This document shows, one piece after another, positions 37,245 to 51,040 of a DNA stretch of 64,000 nt. The notes below the pieces were generated by a model that was given only the letters and a program-made list of their open reading frames with translations, was not told the DNA's origin and did not search any database. A program made the position numbers and the translations under genes. Origin of the DNA: Mobula hypostoma. Taxonomy: Eukaryota. The DNA lies in assembly GCF_963921235.1 (NCBI RefSeq), contig NC_086109.1, positions 4,094,001-4,158,000 of the forward strand, read 5' to 3'. Positions within the stretch are counted from its first letter, which is position 1, and each line of letters begins with the position of its first letter.

Positions 37245-38209
37245 GTAAACCAGTTGTTGGTAACATTATTCACTCCGAATGGGAGAACAGAGAGGCGTCG
37301 TTCAACACTCTATATTCCATATGACAGGTATATGTAGATAGGGTACATATGTGCAAGCTTTCCCGGTAAGGTTAGGTGAGACTAGGTCATGGGCTAAGGG
37401 TGGAAGGTGAAATATTTAAGTGGAACATGTGGGAGAACCTCTTCGCCCAGAGGGTGGTGTGACTGTGCCCAGTGCAAGTGGTGGATGCAGGTTTGATTTC
37501 AATGTTTAAGAGAAGTTTGGATAGGTAAATGATTGGGAGGGGTACAGAGGCCTATGGTGCATGTGCAGGTTGACGGGACTAGACAGAACAACAGTTCGGC
37601 ATGGACTAGATGGGCTGAAGGGCTTGTTTCAGTGTGGTAGCACTCCATGACCCTAAAACATCCTGGTGCCACCACTTGGAAATTCCCCTCCAAGTCACGA
37701 TTCCTATAGCATAGTGGCCAGAAATGCACGTGGTGCCCCAGCGGAACCTTTTGTAAAGTTGGAGCATAACCTCCTTCCTTCTGTAGTCTCTGTTATTAAT
37801 GATGAAGGACGATACACTGTGTGCCTTTTTAAACACATTATCTCCTTGCCTGTTTCTGTGCTGTGGTACTCTATGACCCTAACCCAAGGAACCTCCTCTG
37901 AAATTTAGTGAGATCCTTACTAACCTTTGCTCTACTACAACCTGCCACCATTGTCCCAAATCCAGGACAGTTTCAGTCTCCAGCAGAAATCTGACAATGG
38001 GCCCTACGTCAGTCACTGGTTGAGGCAGAGATCTCCCAACCTCTGACACCCTCTGTGTCATTCTGAACTTCACTCCAGAAAGCTGCCTCAACTTCTAAAC
38101 TCTCTCACATTTGTGGACCTACAGAAGCTGAGTCTCTAATACCTCCACCTCAGTTGGCCGAGGCCAATCCCGTTAACGTTGCATCCTAGTAGTCTACATA
38201 TATACTAGG

Positions 38210-38720
38210 GAGGGCGGCAAGATGTGGGGAGTAAGTTGTTGCCCATAAAGCAAACTCCCCCTCTCAGCTGATGAATCCAAAGAAACGACAGAGGCCAACA
38301 CAGTTTGGCACCAGCAGAGTCATAGGAGTTGCTAGTCAGCATTGAACTCAACGTAGGACTGCCTCAGGGACTCCAGCGGCAGATTTCTCCTCGGGACTTA
38401 CTCCTGAACCCTTCCCCATGAGGGGATATAGCTGCAAGGCAGCAGAGGTTTGGGATCAGAGTTTTCCTTCTTCTGGATGAGCTGACAAGCCCCATCTACT
38501 CAGAGTGATTGGTTTTAAGGAGCCAGTAACCTGCCTTTGCCCCTCCTCCTGTCAGTAGAAACATTTCTGGCAGGCTAATAGTAGCCAAGCCACATATGAA
38601 GGCCAGGAGCTGGACTTGGTTGTCAGAGGCTATTTGAAATGTTTGCTATTGGGAACATTTAATAGGTAGTGGGAGCTCGTCCCCACTACACCCACAGCCC
38701 TGGCTATGACAACCTAAAGG
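38210..38720 (-). mobile_element. RTE-related element fragment
   Basis: Minus strand gaagaaggaaaactctgatcccaaacc resembles an RTE 5'-region motif. Confidence 0.45.
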
Positions 38721-38984
38721 AACCTTCTAATACCTGATGCCCTTGGCTTCATTCTGAAAGAAAGTTTCTGTGCGGAAGAGAGGACTAAGAGTCAGGTTCA
38801 GAACAGCACTGGTGGAACATTAGCCCAGCCCAAGCTCAGTCAGATGGTGCTCAGCTGTGTAATCTGAGGATCTACCTGTCTGTGAACATTTAGAGGGTCA
38901 CATCACCACTGAAGAGGACGGGTGAGAACTGCTTCCTCCCATATGGTGGGTGCACAGCCGCACAGTAACTGAAATGCTCCCACA

Positions 38985-40655
38985 CATAGAAACATAGAAA
39001 ACCTACAGCACAATACAGGCCCTTTGGCCCACAAAGCTGTGCTGAACATGCCCTTAGCTTAGAAATTACCTAGGGTTACCCATAGCCCTCCATTTTTTGA
39101 GCTCCATGTACCTGTCCAGGAGTCTCTTAAAAGACCCTATCGTATCCACCTCCACCACCATCGCTGGCAGCCCATTGCATGTACTCTCCACTCTCTGCGT
39201 AAAAAACTTACCGCTGACATCTCCTCTGTACCTACTTCCAAGCACCTTACAATGTGCCCTCTCATGTTAGCCATTTCAGCCCTAGGAAAAAGCCTCTGAC
39301 TATCCACACAATCAATGCCTCTCATCATCTTATACACCTCTATCAGGTCACTTCTCATCCTCCGTCGCTCCAAGGAAAAAAGGCTGAGTTCTTCACTCAA
39401 CCTATCCTCATAAGGCATGCTCCCCAATCCAGGCAACATCCTTGTAAATCTCCTCTGCACCCTTTCTATGGTTTCCACATCCTTCCTGTAGTGAGGCGAC
39501 TAGAAATGAGCACAGTACTCCAAGTGGGGTCTGACCAGGGTCTTATATAGTTGCAACATTACCTCTCGGCTCCTAAACTCAGTCCCACAATTGATAAAGA
39601 CCAATGCACCTTATGCCTTCTTAACCACAGAGTCAACCTGTGTAGCAGCTTTGAGTGTCCTAGCAGCGGTCCCCAACCACCGGGCCGTGGACCGGTACCG
39701 GGCCACAAGGAAACGAGTCAGCTGCACCTTTCCTCATTCCCTGTCACACACTGTTGAACTTGAACATAGGGTTGCCAACTGTCCCGTATTTGCCAGGACA
39801 GCCCGTATATTGGGCTAAATTGGTTTGTCCCATACTGGACCACCCTTGTCCCATATTTCTCCCGCTAAGGTAGAACGTTCCTATGAAACCTTTCGTTTCG
39901 AAATGGCATAAAGTGAAGAAGCAATTACCTTTAATTGATATGGGAAAAATTTTTGAGCGTTCTCAGACCCAAAAAATAACCTACCAAATCATATCAAATA
40001 ACACGTAAAACCTAAAATAACACTAACTTATAGTAAAAGCAGGAATGATATGATAAATACACAGCCTATATAAAGTAGAAATAATGTGTATACAGTATAG
40101 TCGGGAAGATTAAGCCAAAACCGATTTGTGGAAAAAAAATCAGCATGTACACGCATGTGCACGTACACGCATGTGCACGTCACGCATGCGCACACAGGTG
40201 CCTGCGCAAGGCTTCATGGTCATGGTAGTCTTTCCTGGGGCAAACACAAGTGTCCCGGGATTTGACTGCTACTTTTGTCCCTTATTTGCGAGTGAGAAAG
40301 TTGGCAACCCTAACAGTAAAAGACATGTTGAGGTGAGTTTAACCCTACTTGACCATCAACTGCCCCCACCCCACCGCTCGGCCGGTCCACAAGAATATTG
40401 CCAATATTAAACCCGTCCGCAGTGCAAAAAAGGTTGGGGACCTCTGTCCTATGGACTCGGACCCCAAGATCCCTCTCCACACTGCCAAGAGTCTTACCAT
40501 TAATACTATATTCTGTCATCATATTTGACCTACCGAAATGAACCACCTCACACTTATCTGGATTGAACTCCATCTGCCGCTTCTCGGCCCAGTCTTGCAT
40601 CATATCGATGCCCCGCTGTAACTTTTGACAGCCCTCCACACTATCCACAACACAC
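38985..40655 (-). mobile_element. CR1 3' part interrupted by hAT composite
   Basis: ORFs 40310-40666 and 39137-39478 are CR1 ORF2. Tail (ctatgttt)n. Confidence 0.9.
39664..40446. mobile_element. Non-autonomous hAT (Charlie-like) element with internal second TIR pair
   Basis: Outer TIR cagcggtccccaacc / ggttggggacctctg. Inner pair tagggttgccaac (39767) / gttggcaacccta (40312). Confidence 0.82.
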
Positions 40656-41724
40656 ATAACTGTCATTGCCGCACAGCTGGAATTTTCTTTGATATAATGT
40701 TAATATAATTTTAAAATTATGCAAATATTTTGAAACCTTTATTAATATACCTGTGAAATACCCTGTAATTCATTATGTGTTAATAATATAATCTATGATT
40801 TTTCTAAATGTTCATAGTATAGATATTACAAAAAACATTTAATCATTTAAAGTGCCGCATGGTTTCAGACTGTGTAAACAATTCTTGTTCAAGCCAATGG
40901 TTGATCCACACGTGTGCAAAAAAAATTAGAAGGAACATTGATGGGGAGGATTAGAGGCAAACCTACACACCTTCTGAACAAAACTAGTTGTTCATGTTTC
41001 TCCGCAGATAAAATGTCCTTCTTTCTCAATGAGTTCTAGGTTAATTGCTGTTCCATAAACATGTTTTAATATATTTGCGTTAAAAACAGGAAATGTACTT
41101 CCTTACTCCCACGGACTGACAATGGATCAATGGAACATTCTCTCATATTGGTCTCTTTCAAGATGTAAACTTATAGCATCCTCTCTCAAATGGCCAAGAA
41201 ACTATTTCCTGCTGTTAATAATGTGTCCATGGAGCACATTTTGTCACATCCTTATGTGATTCCTTAGACCCCTGTTTATCCAAAAAATCTGTAAGCATTT
41301 CCACTTTTTGTCAGATAACAGGACAGGCCCCAAAGCCTGTTGCCAAAATAATGTCAGCAGCCACAACTCTGTCAGGCAAGCACTGAGGTGCAGACAGTAC
41401 AGCTGCTGTCTCAAGCACCAGGGACCCCAGTTCAAGCCTGACTCCAGATACCGGTGGTGTGGAGATTGCACCTTCTGCCCGTGGCGATGACTGTTTCCCT
41501 AGGGTTCGTCTGTTTTGTTGCATGTTAATTGGTCGCACAAATTGTCCTGAGCGTGTGGCCAACTGGCAGGATGTGGGGGAGCCAAAAACATCTGGGGAGA
41601 GTAGACTGCAATCCTTAAGCTGTATTCGCCGTTGCTGAGGTCACACTGGGAGTACTGTGTAGAGTTTTGGTCACTCTGTTATGGGTGGCAGGGTGTAGAT
41701 ACATCTCTACCAAAGGAGGTGTGT

Positions 41725-42155
41725 GACCATAAGACCATAAGATATAGGAGCAGAGATGAGCCATTTGGCCCATCGAGTCATGGCTGATCCATTTCTCTCT
41801 CAGCCCCAATCTCCTGCCTTCTCCACTTATCCCTTCATGCCTTGACTAATGAAGAATCTATCAATCTCTGCCTTAAATATACCCAATGTCTTGGCCTCCA
41901 CAGCCGCCTGTGACAATAAATTCCTCAGATTCACCACTCTCTGGCTAAAGAAATTCCTCCTCATTTCTGTTCTAAATGGAAGTCCGTCTATTCTGAGACT
42001 GTACCCCCTGGTCCGAGACTCCCCCACCAAAGGAAGCATTCTCTCCACATCCACTCTATGGAGGCCTTTCAACATTCGATAGGCTCCAATGAGAACACCC
42101 CCCCCCCCCGATTTCTTCTGAATTCCAATGAGTACAGGCCCAGCTGTCAAAATCT
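41725..42155 (-). mobile_element. CR1 3' fragment
   Basis: GESRTRGYSLRI..NFFSQRVVNL. Confidence 0.88.
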
Positions 42156-42444
42156 CCTTCCATCCTCTAGGGTCTTGGTCACCCTTGGGCAAGGTGTAGC
42201 ACCTGCTTAGCCCCCCGATCAGGATCACGTGAAGCCATGGGAGCAGGTGGTGGATAGTCGTATGAGCAGCTGGTGCATATCACAATTCCTGGTTATGTGA
42301 CAACTGATGCCAGGCAGACAGTCTCTTAAGAGTATTGATAGTGGTTCCGGTCACCTATCTTGTAAAGACACTGCCCAGAAGAAGGCACTTCTGTAGAAAA
42401 ACTTGCCAAGAACGATCATGGTCAAGGAAAGTCCATGATCACGC

Positions 42445-42835
42445 AGGATAATCAAGGACACGACCCACCCAGCCAACACACTTTTTGTCCCTCTTCCCTC
42501 CAGGAGAAGGTTCAGAAGCTTGAAGACTCATATGGCCAGATTTTGGAACAGCTTCTTCCAAATGTGATAAGACTGCTGAACGGCTCCTGACCCGGATCTG
42601 GGCCGTACCCTCCAAATATCCGGACCTGCCTCTCGGTTTTTTTGCACTACCTTACTTTCCATTTTTCTATTTTCTATTTATGATTTATAATTTAAATTTT
42701 TAATATTTACTAATTTTTACTATTTTTAATATTTAATATTTGTAATCCAGGGAGCAGAAAGTGCAGAATCAAATATCGCTGTGATGATTGTACATTCTAT
42801 TATCAATTGTTTTGCGAAAATAAAGTATAAAGTAT
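42445..42835 (+). mobile_element. Rex1/Babar-type LINE 3' end
   Basis: Sister of 26290-26725. Inserted into an RTE-tailed SINE-like repeat (42170-42444, resuming ~42836). Confidence 0.82.
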
Positions 42836-42879
42836 ACGACAGAGCACTTAATGAACAAGCATTCTAGGATACATGTAGT

Positions 42880-43390
42880 TAAACTGGTAAAAGTCAGAAA
42901 ATATTTACAAGTATGTTTCCAGGATTAGAGGGCCTGTGTTATAGGGAGAACTTGGCCAAGCCAAGTCCTTATTCCTTGGAATGTCAGAGAATGAGAAAAA
43001 TGTTTGAAGTTATGAGAAGCAAAGATAAGGTGGATACTAATAGCCCCTCCCCAGTGTAGGGAAGTCCATAACTGGTGGGCATGGATTTAGGTTGGGAGGA
43101 GAAAGACATAAAAGGGACCTGGGGAGCAACTTTTTCAGAGAAAGACCAGTGAGTGTATGGAATGAGCTGCCACAGGAAGTGGCTGAGGCAGATACAGTTG
43201 TACTTAAGAAGTTCTTGGATGGGACAAGGATGGGTGGGTCTTGGAGAGATAATGGGCCGAATGCAGGAGATCGGGACTAGCTGGACGGGCACCATGGTCA
43301 GCATAGAGTGGATGGGCCGAAAGGCCTATATCCATGCTGTATTGCTGTATGACTATGAGTGAAGGGCCTGTTTCGTTGCTGTATTTCCCT
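42880..43390 (+). mobile_element. Old CR1 3' fragment
   Basis: NFFRERPVSVWNELP. Confidence 0.75.
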
Positions 43391-43924
43391 GTATAATACA
43401 TTGACAATGAGAGTGTAACTCAACAGAAGCCAAAACAGAGGACAGAGGAAGTGAGTAGCTGCCTGCTTGGACGCTGGGCGGTCGCTCGGCTGCACGGGGG
43501 CACCAGGGCAGCCACTCAGCCATCGGGGGAGATCACTGGGTTCAGCCGCTCCATACCTCCTGCCCAGTGCTAGCTGCAGGAAGTTGGCATGGTCCGGATG
43601 GCGGGGATCTTTGATGATAGTTGTTGCCCTCCTGAAGCAACTCCTCCGGGAGATACTAGTGATGGATAATTAGGGAATTGTTGGGATTTACTGATATTTC
43701 TGCATGCTTCTTTGAAAATCCATGTGTACCTGAAAGCCTTGAGCTTCTGATGAAATCTGGGACTATTCAGATCATTCTGGGGAATCCTTCCAAAGGTCCT
43801 GTGGCAGAATCAGTTCGGCGAATGGAAAAGCGCAGGAAAGCTGCGAGATCTAAGGGAGGAAAATTTGAGCGTTTCTTAAATGAAAGATAAAAAACTGCAG
43901 ACGATGGAATTCTCAGACAAAAGC

Positions 43925-45160
43925 AGTAGTGTTCTTTATTGACTACAGCGTGGCATTTAAAACTATCGTCTCCTCAAAACTAATCAATAAGCTTCAAGAC
44001 CTTAGATTCAAAACCTCCTCGTGCAATTGGATCCTGGATTTCCTCACTTGCAGATCCCAGTCATTTCAGATTGGCCACAACATTTCTTCCACGATCTCCT
44101 TCAGCAAAGGTGCACCATAAGGCTGTGTGCTTAGCCACCTGCTTTACTCGCTTTACACTTACAATTGTGTGGTTAAGCAGAGCCCCAGTGTCATTTTCAG
44201 GTAGGCTGATGTAGGATGAATCAAAGGTGGTGAAGAATCAGCACATTGGAGGGAAATTGGAAATCTGGCTGAGGGGTGCCACAACAACACCCTCTTACTC
44301 AATGTCAGCAAGACCGAGGAGCTGATTATTGACTCCAGGAGCAGGAAACCAGAAGTCCATGAGCCAGTCCTCATCAGTGGATCAGTGTTGGAGAGGATCA
44401 GCAACTTTGAATTCCTGGTGTTATCACTCGCAAGGATCCCAGCTGGTAGGTGCAATTATGAAGAAAGCACAGCAGTGCCTCTACTTCCTTATGAGTTTGC
44501 AAAGATTCGACGTGACATCTAAAACCTTTACAAACTTCTATAGAAGTGTAGGGACAGCATATCAACTAGCTGCATCACAGCCTGGTATGGAAACACCAAT
44601 GCCCTTGAATGGAAAATCCTACAAAAAGTGATGGATATGTCCCAGTCCATCACAGGTAGAGCCCTCCCCAACATTGAGCACATCTACATGAAGCATTGTC
44701 GCAGGAAAGCAGCAGCATCATCAGATCATGCTCTCCTCTCACTGCTGCCATCAGGACGAAGGCACAGGAATCATGGGTCTCACACCACCATGTTCAGGAA
44801 CAGTTATTACCCTTTAGCCATCAGACTCCTGAACCAGAGGGGATAACTTCACTCAACTTCGCTTGCCCAATCATTGAAATGTTCCCCACAACCTTTGAGC
44901 TCATTTTTAAGGACTCTTCATCTCACATTGTCGATACTTATTGCTCATTTATTTACTGTTATGATTATTTCTATTTCTTTCTTTTTGTATTTGCAAGATT
45001 TGGTGTCGTTTGGTCGAACGCCCAGTTGGTGTGGTCTTTCATTGATTACATTATGGCTATTACTCTATTATGGATTTATCATGTCTGCAAGGAAACTAAC
45101 TTTAGGGATGTACATAGTGACATAGATGTACTTTGCTAATGAACTTCCTTTGAACTTTGA
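43925..45160 (+). mobile_element. Rex1/Babar-type LINE, degenerate RT and 3' end
   Basis: FIDYSVAFKTI, CNWILDFL and HALLSLLPSGRR motifs; (tgaactt)n tail. Confidence 0.88.
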
Positions 45161-45417
45161 AGTGCTGTAAACTCTCAGCAGGTCAGTCAGCATCTGTGGA
45201 TCAGTTAATGTTTCAAGACAGTGACTCTTCAGCACAATCATTCTAATAAAATGGAACCAAGCAGAAACATTAACTCCTCTTTCCCCCGCTGAGAATTTCT
45301 GCTTTTACTTCTGGTGCCATTAACGTTGTATACATGCATTTAAATCCATGGGCTTGTTATTGATGAGGCTCTGAAATATTTAAAGATTTTATATAACCTT
45401 TGAGTGCAGTACAGAAG

Positions 45418-45702
45418 TGTGCCATGGTAACGTAGTGGTTAGCGTGACGCTATTACATCTCGGAGTGTCAGAGTTCGGAGTTCAAATCCGCTGCCACCTG
45501 TAAGGAGTTTGTACATTCTCCCCGTGACAGCGTGGGTTTCCTCCGGGTGCTCTGGTTTCCTCCCACACTGCAAGGACGTACCGGTTGGTAGGTTAACTGG
45601 TCATTGCAAATTGCTTTGGGTTAGATCAGTGGGTTGCTGGGCAGTGCAGCTCATTGAGCTGGCAGGGTCTACCATGCTGTATCCCTAAATGAATAAATAA
45701 AA
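45418..45702 (+). mobile_element. V-SINE (HE1-like)
   Basis: tRNA head plus V-domain and (aata)n tail. Confidence 0.85.
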
Positions 45703-46159
45703 TTGCTTGGATTTTTCGACAGCATGGACGGCTTTACCTGGGAGGCACAGAATGAGAATCGGTACTTATACACGTTTTGCAGCAGCAGTACAGTGCAATG
45801 TATAAAAAAAATTACTGCAAGTAATTTGTACAAGAATATACAAAATATACAAGAGAACAAAATATTGTGGTAATGTTCATGGACCTATGGACTGTTCAGA
45901 AATCTGATGGCAGAGGGTAAGAAGCTGTTTGTAAAACATTAAGTATGCTTCCATGCGCTCCTGTACCTCCTCTCTGTAGTGAGAAGAGGGCATGTCCTGG
46001 ATGGCGAGGGTCCGTGACTTTATGTGGCCGAGTCTGTCCCGCTCCAAACTCTCCTCCTAGCAACTCACATTGCCATGGGAGCCTGGTGTGTGAGTGGGAT
46101 CATCTCTGAGACAGATGCCTCCTGGAGGAAGCACTTGAGAGAGATCCAAACTTCATTCC

Positions 46160-46340
46160 ACAAAGTGCTGGCGGAACTCAGCGGGTCATGCAGCATCTAC
46201 AGCGAGAAATAAACCACCAACATTTTGGACTGAAGCTATTCATCAGGACTCATTCCCATTCCTCGCACTGCCTGTCCTGCTGAGCTGCTCCAGCATTTTG
46301 AGTGTTTTGCTCAACTTTTCCAGCATCTGCAGAATCTTCT
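46160..46340. mobile_element. Degenerate PLE fold-back
   Basis: gtgctggcggaactcagc ... gctgagctgctccagcat. Confidence 0.7.
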
Positions 46341-47780
46341 GTTTATCCGACAGCTATTGGAGATAGTTCCAGTTCCCTGGAGGCTTTTTGATTTTGGACC
46401 TGCCCTGCCAAGTTTCCTGACTGAATCCTGCCTGCGATTCCTTAGTCTAACATTGTTTTTCCCTTGTACTGCCTGAGTGTATTTATGTTTTGAAATGATC
46501 CATATAGATCCAAATGATCCATGCAAAACAAACTTTGTCAAAACGTGTGACAATAATAAACCAATAATATTGGCAATAACATCAGCCAGGCGTCCCAGCC
46601 TATTATCACCACTTCCTCCTCTGGATCCACCTATCGCCCGCCACCCCTTCCTAAAACTTTTTAACCGGGCTATCTCCTCCCTAGGATGGTGAAGTGGAGA
46701 TACATCTCTACCGAAAGAGGTGTAAGTAGCTCCTTCCCTCCGCTAGCCTGCAGGTCACCCTTAGGCAAGGTGTAGCACCTGCTTTGTCCCCCAAACGGGG
46801 TCACGTGAAGCTATGACAAACCACTTCTGTAGACAAATTTGCCAAGAGCAATTCATGGTCGTGGAAAGACTACACGTCATATGACATGACACATAATGAA
46901 TGACTGAGCTCCCCGCTACCATTTCAGTAACAAATGAAGGGTCTTGACTTGAAACATCATCTGTCCCTCCACAGAAAGTGCCTGTTCCACAGAGTTCCTC
47001 CTGCATTTTGTGCATTGCTCCAGATTTCCAGCAAGCTGCGATCTCTCGTCTCTCCATCAGCAATGTCAATTTTCTATCAGCCCTCAGATGTGAGCCGCAG
47101 CCTCTGATCCCAACAATAATTCCATCGTTGAGGTCTGGCAGCAACAAACTTACAGTGCCCCTATCATAAATCACCCATTGTTCGGCAGAATAATCACCCC
47201 AAGATAACTACTCCTGACCCAAGCATGAAAGCCACTTGGCAAACTCGTCAGATGTTTGTCCATTCTTGTATATCTGTCAGAGAACCAGTCAGGGCTTCAA
47301 GTGTTTCTACTGTGCAAAACTATTTACGTGGGTTGGGATATTCCGGTCATACCCTCATTGTTTGTCTTCTCATGATTTTCCCTCAAAGAGTTCAATTGAG
47401 CTTTTGGATTAAATAGTGGTAAGTTATTGTTCCTTTCACTTTTCCCATAGACGTTTAACATTTTTGGTCTGAAAATGAAAGATTTCTGATTTGCAATTCC
47501 CCGCAGTTCCAAGAACTGTGTTCAACAATGGCTAAAAAGCTAATTTACCCTCGCCTTACCTTACCTTAGTGTGGATCACCACGTCCTCCAGCAAGTTCCA
47601 AGACCTACTTCTTTTAAATAATCTTGCTTATGTTGAGGCACTGTGTATGCGCTAGGGCACTGGGTAATCACTGGGGTACTGTGTAGGCGTTAAGATACCG
47701 CTAAGGCTCTGTGGAACTGTGTAGGCACTGTGATACCAGTTAAGTGGTACTGTGCTGCAATCACTTGAGTCGAGTATGAT

Positions 47781-48069
47781 GGCCGCCATGGTAACCTAGC
47801 AGTTAGCACGATGCTATTACAGTTTCGGGGGTTCCAGAGTTCAGAGTTCAATTCCGGTGCCATTCTGTAAGGTGTCTGTGCATCCTCCCTGTGGAATGCG
47901 TGAGTTTTCCCCAAGTGCTCTGGTTTCCTCCCACAGTCCAAAGATGTACTGTGTAGGTTAATTGATCATTGTACATTGTCCCTTCATTAGGTTAGGGTTA
48001 ATTGGGGGTTGCACGGATTGGCTCGAAGGTCCACACGGGCCTTCTCCACACTGTATGGCTAAATAAAAA
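47781..48069 (+). mobile_element. V-SINE (HE1-like)
   Basis: tRNA head plus V-domain. Confidence 0.82.
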
Positions 48070-48074
48070 GTTCT

Positions 48075-48330
48075 CCTGAGGGGTTGACTGTCAGTGGGTC
48101 CTCAGATTCTAGTGCAATGTGGGCACGAGTCAGTGTTTGGGCTCTCCTTTCACAGCCGGTGTATGTTCTCTGCAAAGCAGTGGAGGTCGCTCTCGTGTAG
48201 TGCAGCTCCTTCCTGAAAGATTTCCTCCAAGTGCAATGTCTTCCCAGTCTTTAGGTGTATTGTTGAATTTCTTCAGGCTGATTTTAACGTCAGAATTGAG
48301 TGAGTGCAAATTCCCTTGGCGGGAACCAAG
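48075..48330 (-). mobile_element. RTE LINE 3' fragment
   Basis: DVKISLKKFNNTPKDWEDIAL resembles the RTE C-terminus. Confidence 0.6.
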
Positions 48331-49108
48331 GATTCGCTCCTTAGTGGTTGCAACCCAAAACTCTTCTATGTTCAACAAATTCTATCGCTGTTGGCCTGTG
48401 GAGTGCGATCTAATGAACACGAGGTAAGTAAGTGAACCTTCATACGGTTCTCAAAATTGTAAGCCCCTCTGACCAGGTGACACACCTGGATGACCAAGAT
48501 ACACTGAGTGTGACGGAGAGCACTCGGTTAACGTGCTCCTTACATACGTTCATCCTCTCGCCTGGTCATTCTGCTACTGATGGGGTGAGTGTACACATTT
48601 CAATGTCTTCCCCAGTATATTCTCATCAGTAACCCACTCCTTCCTCTCCACATTGCTACCCGCATTTGGAGTCAGACACCAAAGTTTAGTGTAGTTTCAT
48701 CCTTTATTTGTATTAACTGTACATGTGCGACTGTGTTGGGCGTTCTGCTGTTTCTGGCTGTCATCTCCCGGCAGTCCCGTGCCGTCTGCTGGGTCCGAAA
48801 CCAAGCTGATGTACTCGGGATGGCTTTATGAATCCTCTCCTGCCATGCACAGCGGAATATTCTACTTCCTTAGTAATGGGGATATGTATATGTTTTAAAG
48901 GTCGATACATCTGTTTATTTTGTAATATGATTGTATCTACATTGTGGAGTGCATCATATTCTGATTCATGTGTAGTCTTAAATTAACTTTGTTGGTAATT
49001 ATGATGGTACATCCTAGTGGCAAATAAAAAGGAGCAGATTACGCTCAATGCGAGAGAGAGGAATAGGTGCTACCAGGACCTCACACAGGGCAAGAATAAA
49101 TATGAAAT

Positions 49109-49297
49109 GCAAACACGAGGAAATCTACAGATGCTGGAAATTCAAGCAACACACATCAAGGTTGCTGGTGAACGCAGCAGGCCAGGCGGCATCTCTAGGA
49201 AGAGGTACAGTCGACATTTCCAGCCGAGACCCGAAACATCGACTGTACCTCTTCCTAGAGATGCTGCCTGGCCTGCTGCGTTCACCAGCAACTTTGA
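49109..49297. mobile_element. PLE fold-back, centre deleted
   Basis: Arm ttgctggtgaacgcagcaggccagg..ctctaggaagaggtacagtcga and its reverse complement. CUGA halves are missing. Confidence 0.88.
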
Positions 49298-49943
49298 AAT
49301 AAGTATGAAGCTATTGTTGCATTTTTTTCGTAGATATCTTTCTGTAATTATTGGCAGTTTTCTTTTCAGTATTTTTGCTAATTTTTGATGCATCTAATAA
49401 ACATCCTTGCACTAAAGTGTTAAACAACTCCAGTAATTTTTCCTTTGGTCATAACCCACACCTCTAACTCGGAGGTAAGTGATCAGCCAAATGTCGTGGG
49501 GTTAAAATGTGGGTGACGTGACAGCGCCAACGGTAAGATCAAGGTTCAGTTGCTGTCTTTAAGGAGTTTGTACACTCTCCCTGTGACTGTGTGGGTTTCC
49601 TCGGGTGCTCTGGTTTCCTCCCGCAGTCCAAAGCCATGCAATTAGGGTCAGTGAATTGTGGCCATGCTACACTGGCTTCGGAAGCATGGCGACCCTCGTG
49701 GGCTGCCCATCACAATCCAGCTGATTTGATTTGATGCAAAACAATGTACACCTTGATGTACACATGACAAATAAAGCTAATCTTTATCTTAAAACTATCA
49801 TGAAGCCTTACATCCCACAGCACAGTTTAGGAACCCTACAACTATCAGGCTCCTGGACCAGTGCAGATAATTTGACTCACCTCAACTCTGAACTGATTCT
49901 GAAACCTACAGACTCATGTTCTCAATATTTTTTTTATTTGAGT

Positions 49944-50158
49944 AACACACACAAAATGCTGGAGGAATTCAGCAGGCCAGGCAGAATCTATGGAAAAGAG
50001 TACGATGTTTCGGGCTGAAATCCTTTGGAAGTCCTACCGAAGGGTTTCGGCCCAAAATGTCGACTGTACTCTTTTCCATAGATGCTGCCCGGCCTGCTGA
50101 GTTCCTCCAGCATTTTATGTGCGTTGCTCGGATTTCCAGCGCCTGCAGATTTTCTCTT
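49944..50158. mobile_element. PLE fold-back inserted in a Rex1-type tail
   Basis: acacaaaatgctggaggaattcagcagg ... cctgctgagttcctccagcatttt. Confidence 0.82.
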
Positions 50159-50394
50159 CTTTATTTTTTATTTGCACAGTTTGTCTTCTTTTGCCCACTG
50201 GTTGTTTGTTGGTCTTTATTTAGGTAGAGTTTTTTGTGAGCTCTACTGTATTTCTTTATTTTTCCTGTGAATGCCTGCAGGAAAATGAATCTCAAGATAG
50301 TTTATGGTGACATGCATCACCTTGATATAAAAAAAAAGTTACTTTGAACTTTAGAAACTTCGTGTGGTAGACTAAATGTTGAATAATGGAGTTT

Positions 50395-51040
50395 GCAGAG
50401 ATTCTGTATAACTTCCAAAACTTCAACAAACTTCTGCAGGTGCATAGTGGAGAGTATATTGACTGTCTGCATCACAGCCTGGTATGGAAGCACCAATGCC
50501 CCCGAACAGAAAATCCTACAAAGAGTAGTGGATGCAGCTGTCCATCACGGGTAAAGCCCTCCCGTCAGTGTTGTGGCAGGAAAGTGGCATCCATCATCAG
50601 GGACCCCACCACCCAGGTCATGCTCTCTTCTCACTGCTGCCGTCAGGGAGAAGATACAGGAGCCTCAGGTCTCACACCGCCGGGTTCAGGAACAGTTACT
50701 ACCCCTCAACCATCAGGCTCTTGAACCAGAGGGGAAAACTCCACTCAACTTCACTTGCCCCATCATTGAAATGTTCCCACAACCAGTGAACACACTTTCA
50801 AAGATGCTTCATCTTAAGTTTTTGATATTTATTATAATTCATTAATTATTACTATTTCTTTCTCTTGTTGTCTGCTGCGCTCTGGTTGATCACCAAAGTT
50901 GGACAGTCTTTCATTGATTCTGCTATGGTTACAGTTCTATAGAGTTGTTGAGTATGCCCACAAGAAAACAAATCTCAGGGTTGCATGTGGTCATATATAT
51001 GTACTTCGATAATCAATTTACATTGAACTTTAAACTTTGA
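50395..51040 (+). mobile_element. Rex1/Babar-type LINE 3' part
   Basis: HPGHALFSLLPSGRRYRSL..FRNSYYPSTIRLLN. Confidence 0.88.

Noticed and set aside
38027..38098. TLCVILNFTPESC resembling CD34 exon 4
   Set aside because: Flanked by in-frame stops and lacks a donor site.
41008..41058. Possible globular-domain exon starting IKC after a strong acceptor
   Set aside because: Stop after 16 codons and only a weak, out-of-phase donor.
43467..43673. GC-rich segment that looked exonic
   Set aside because: Minus strand reads ATTIIKDPRHPDHANF..LGRRY, a Rex1/Babar LINE remnant.
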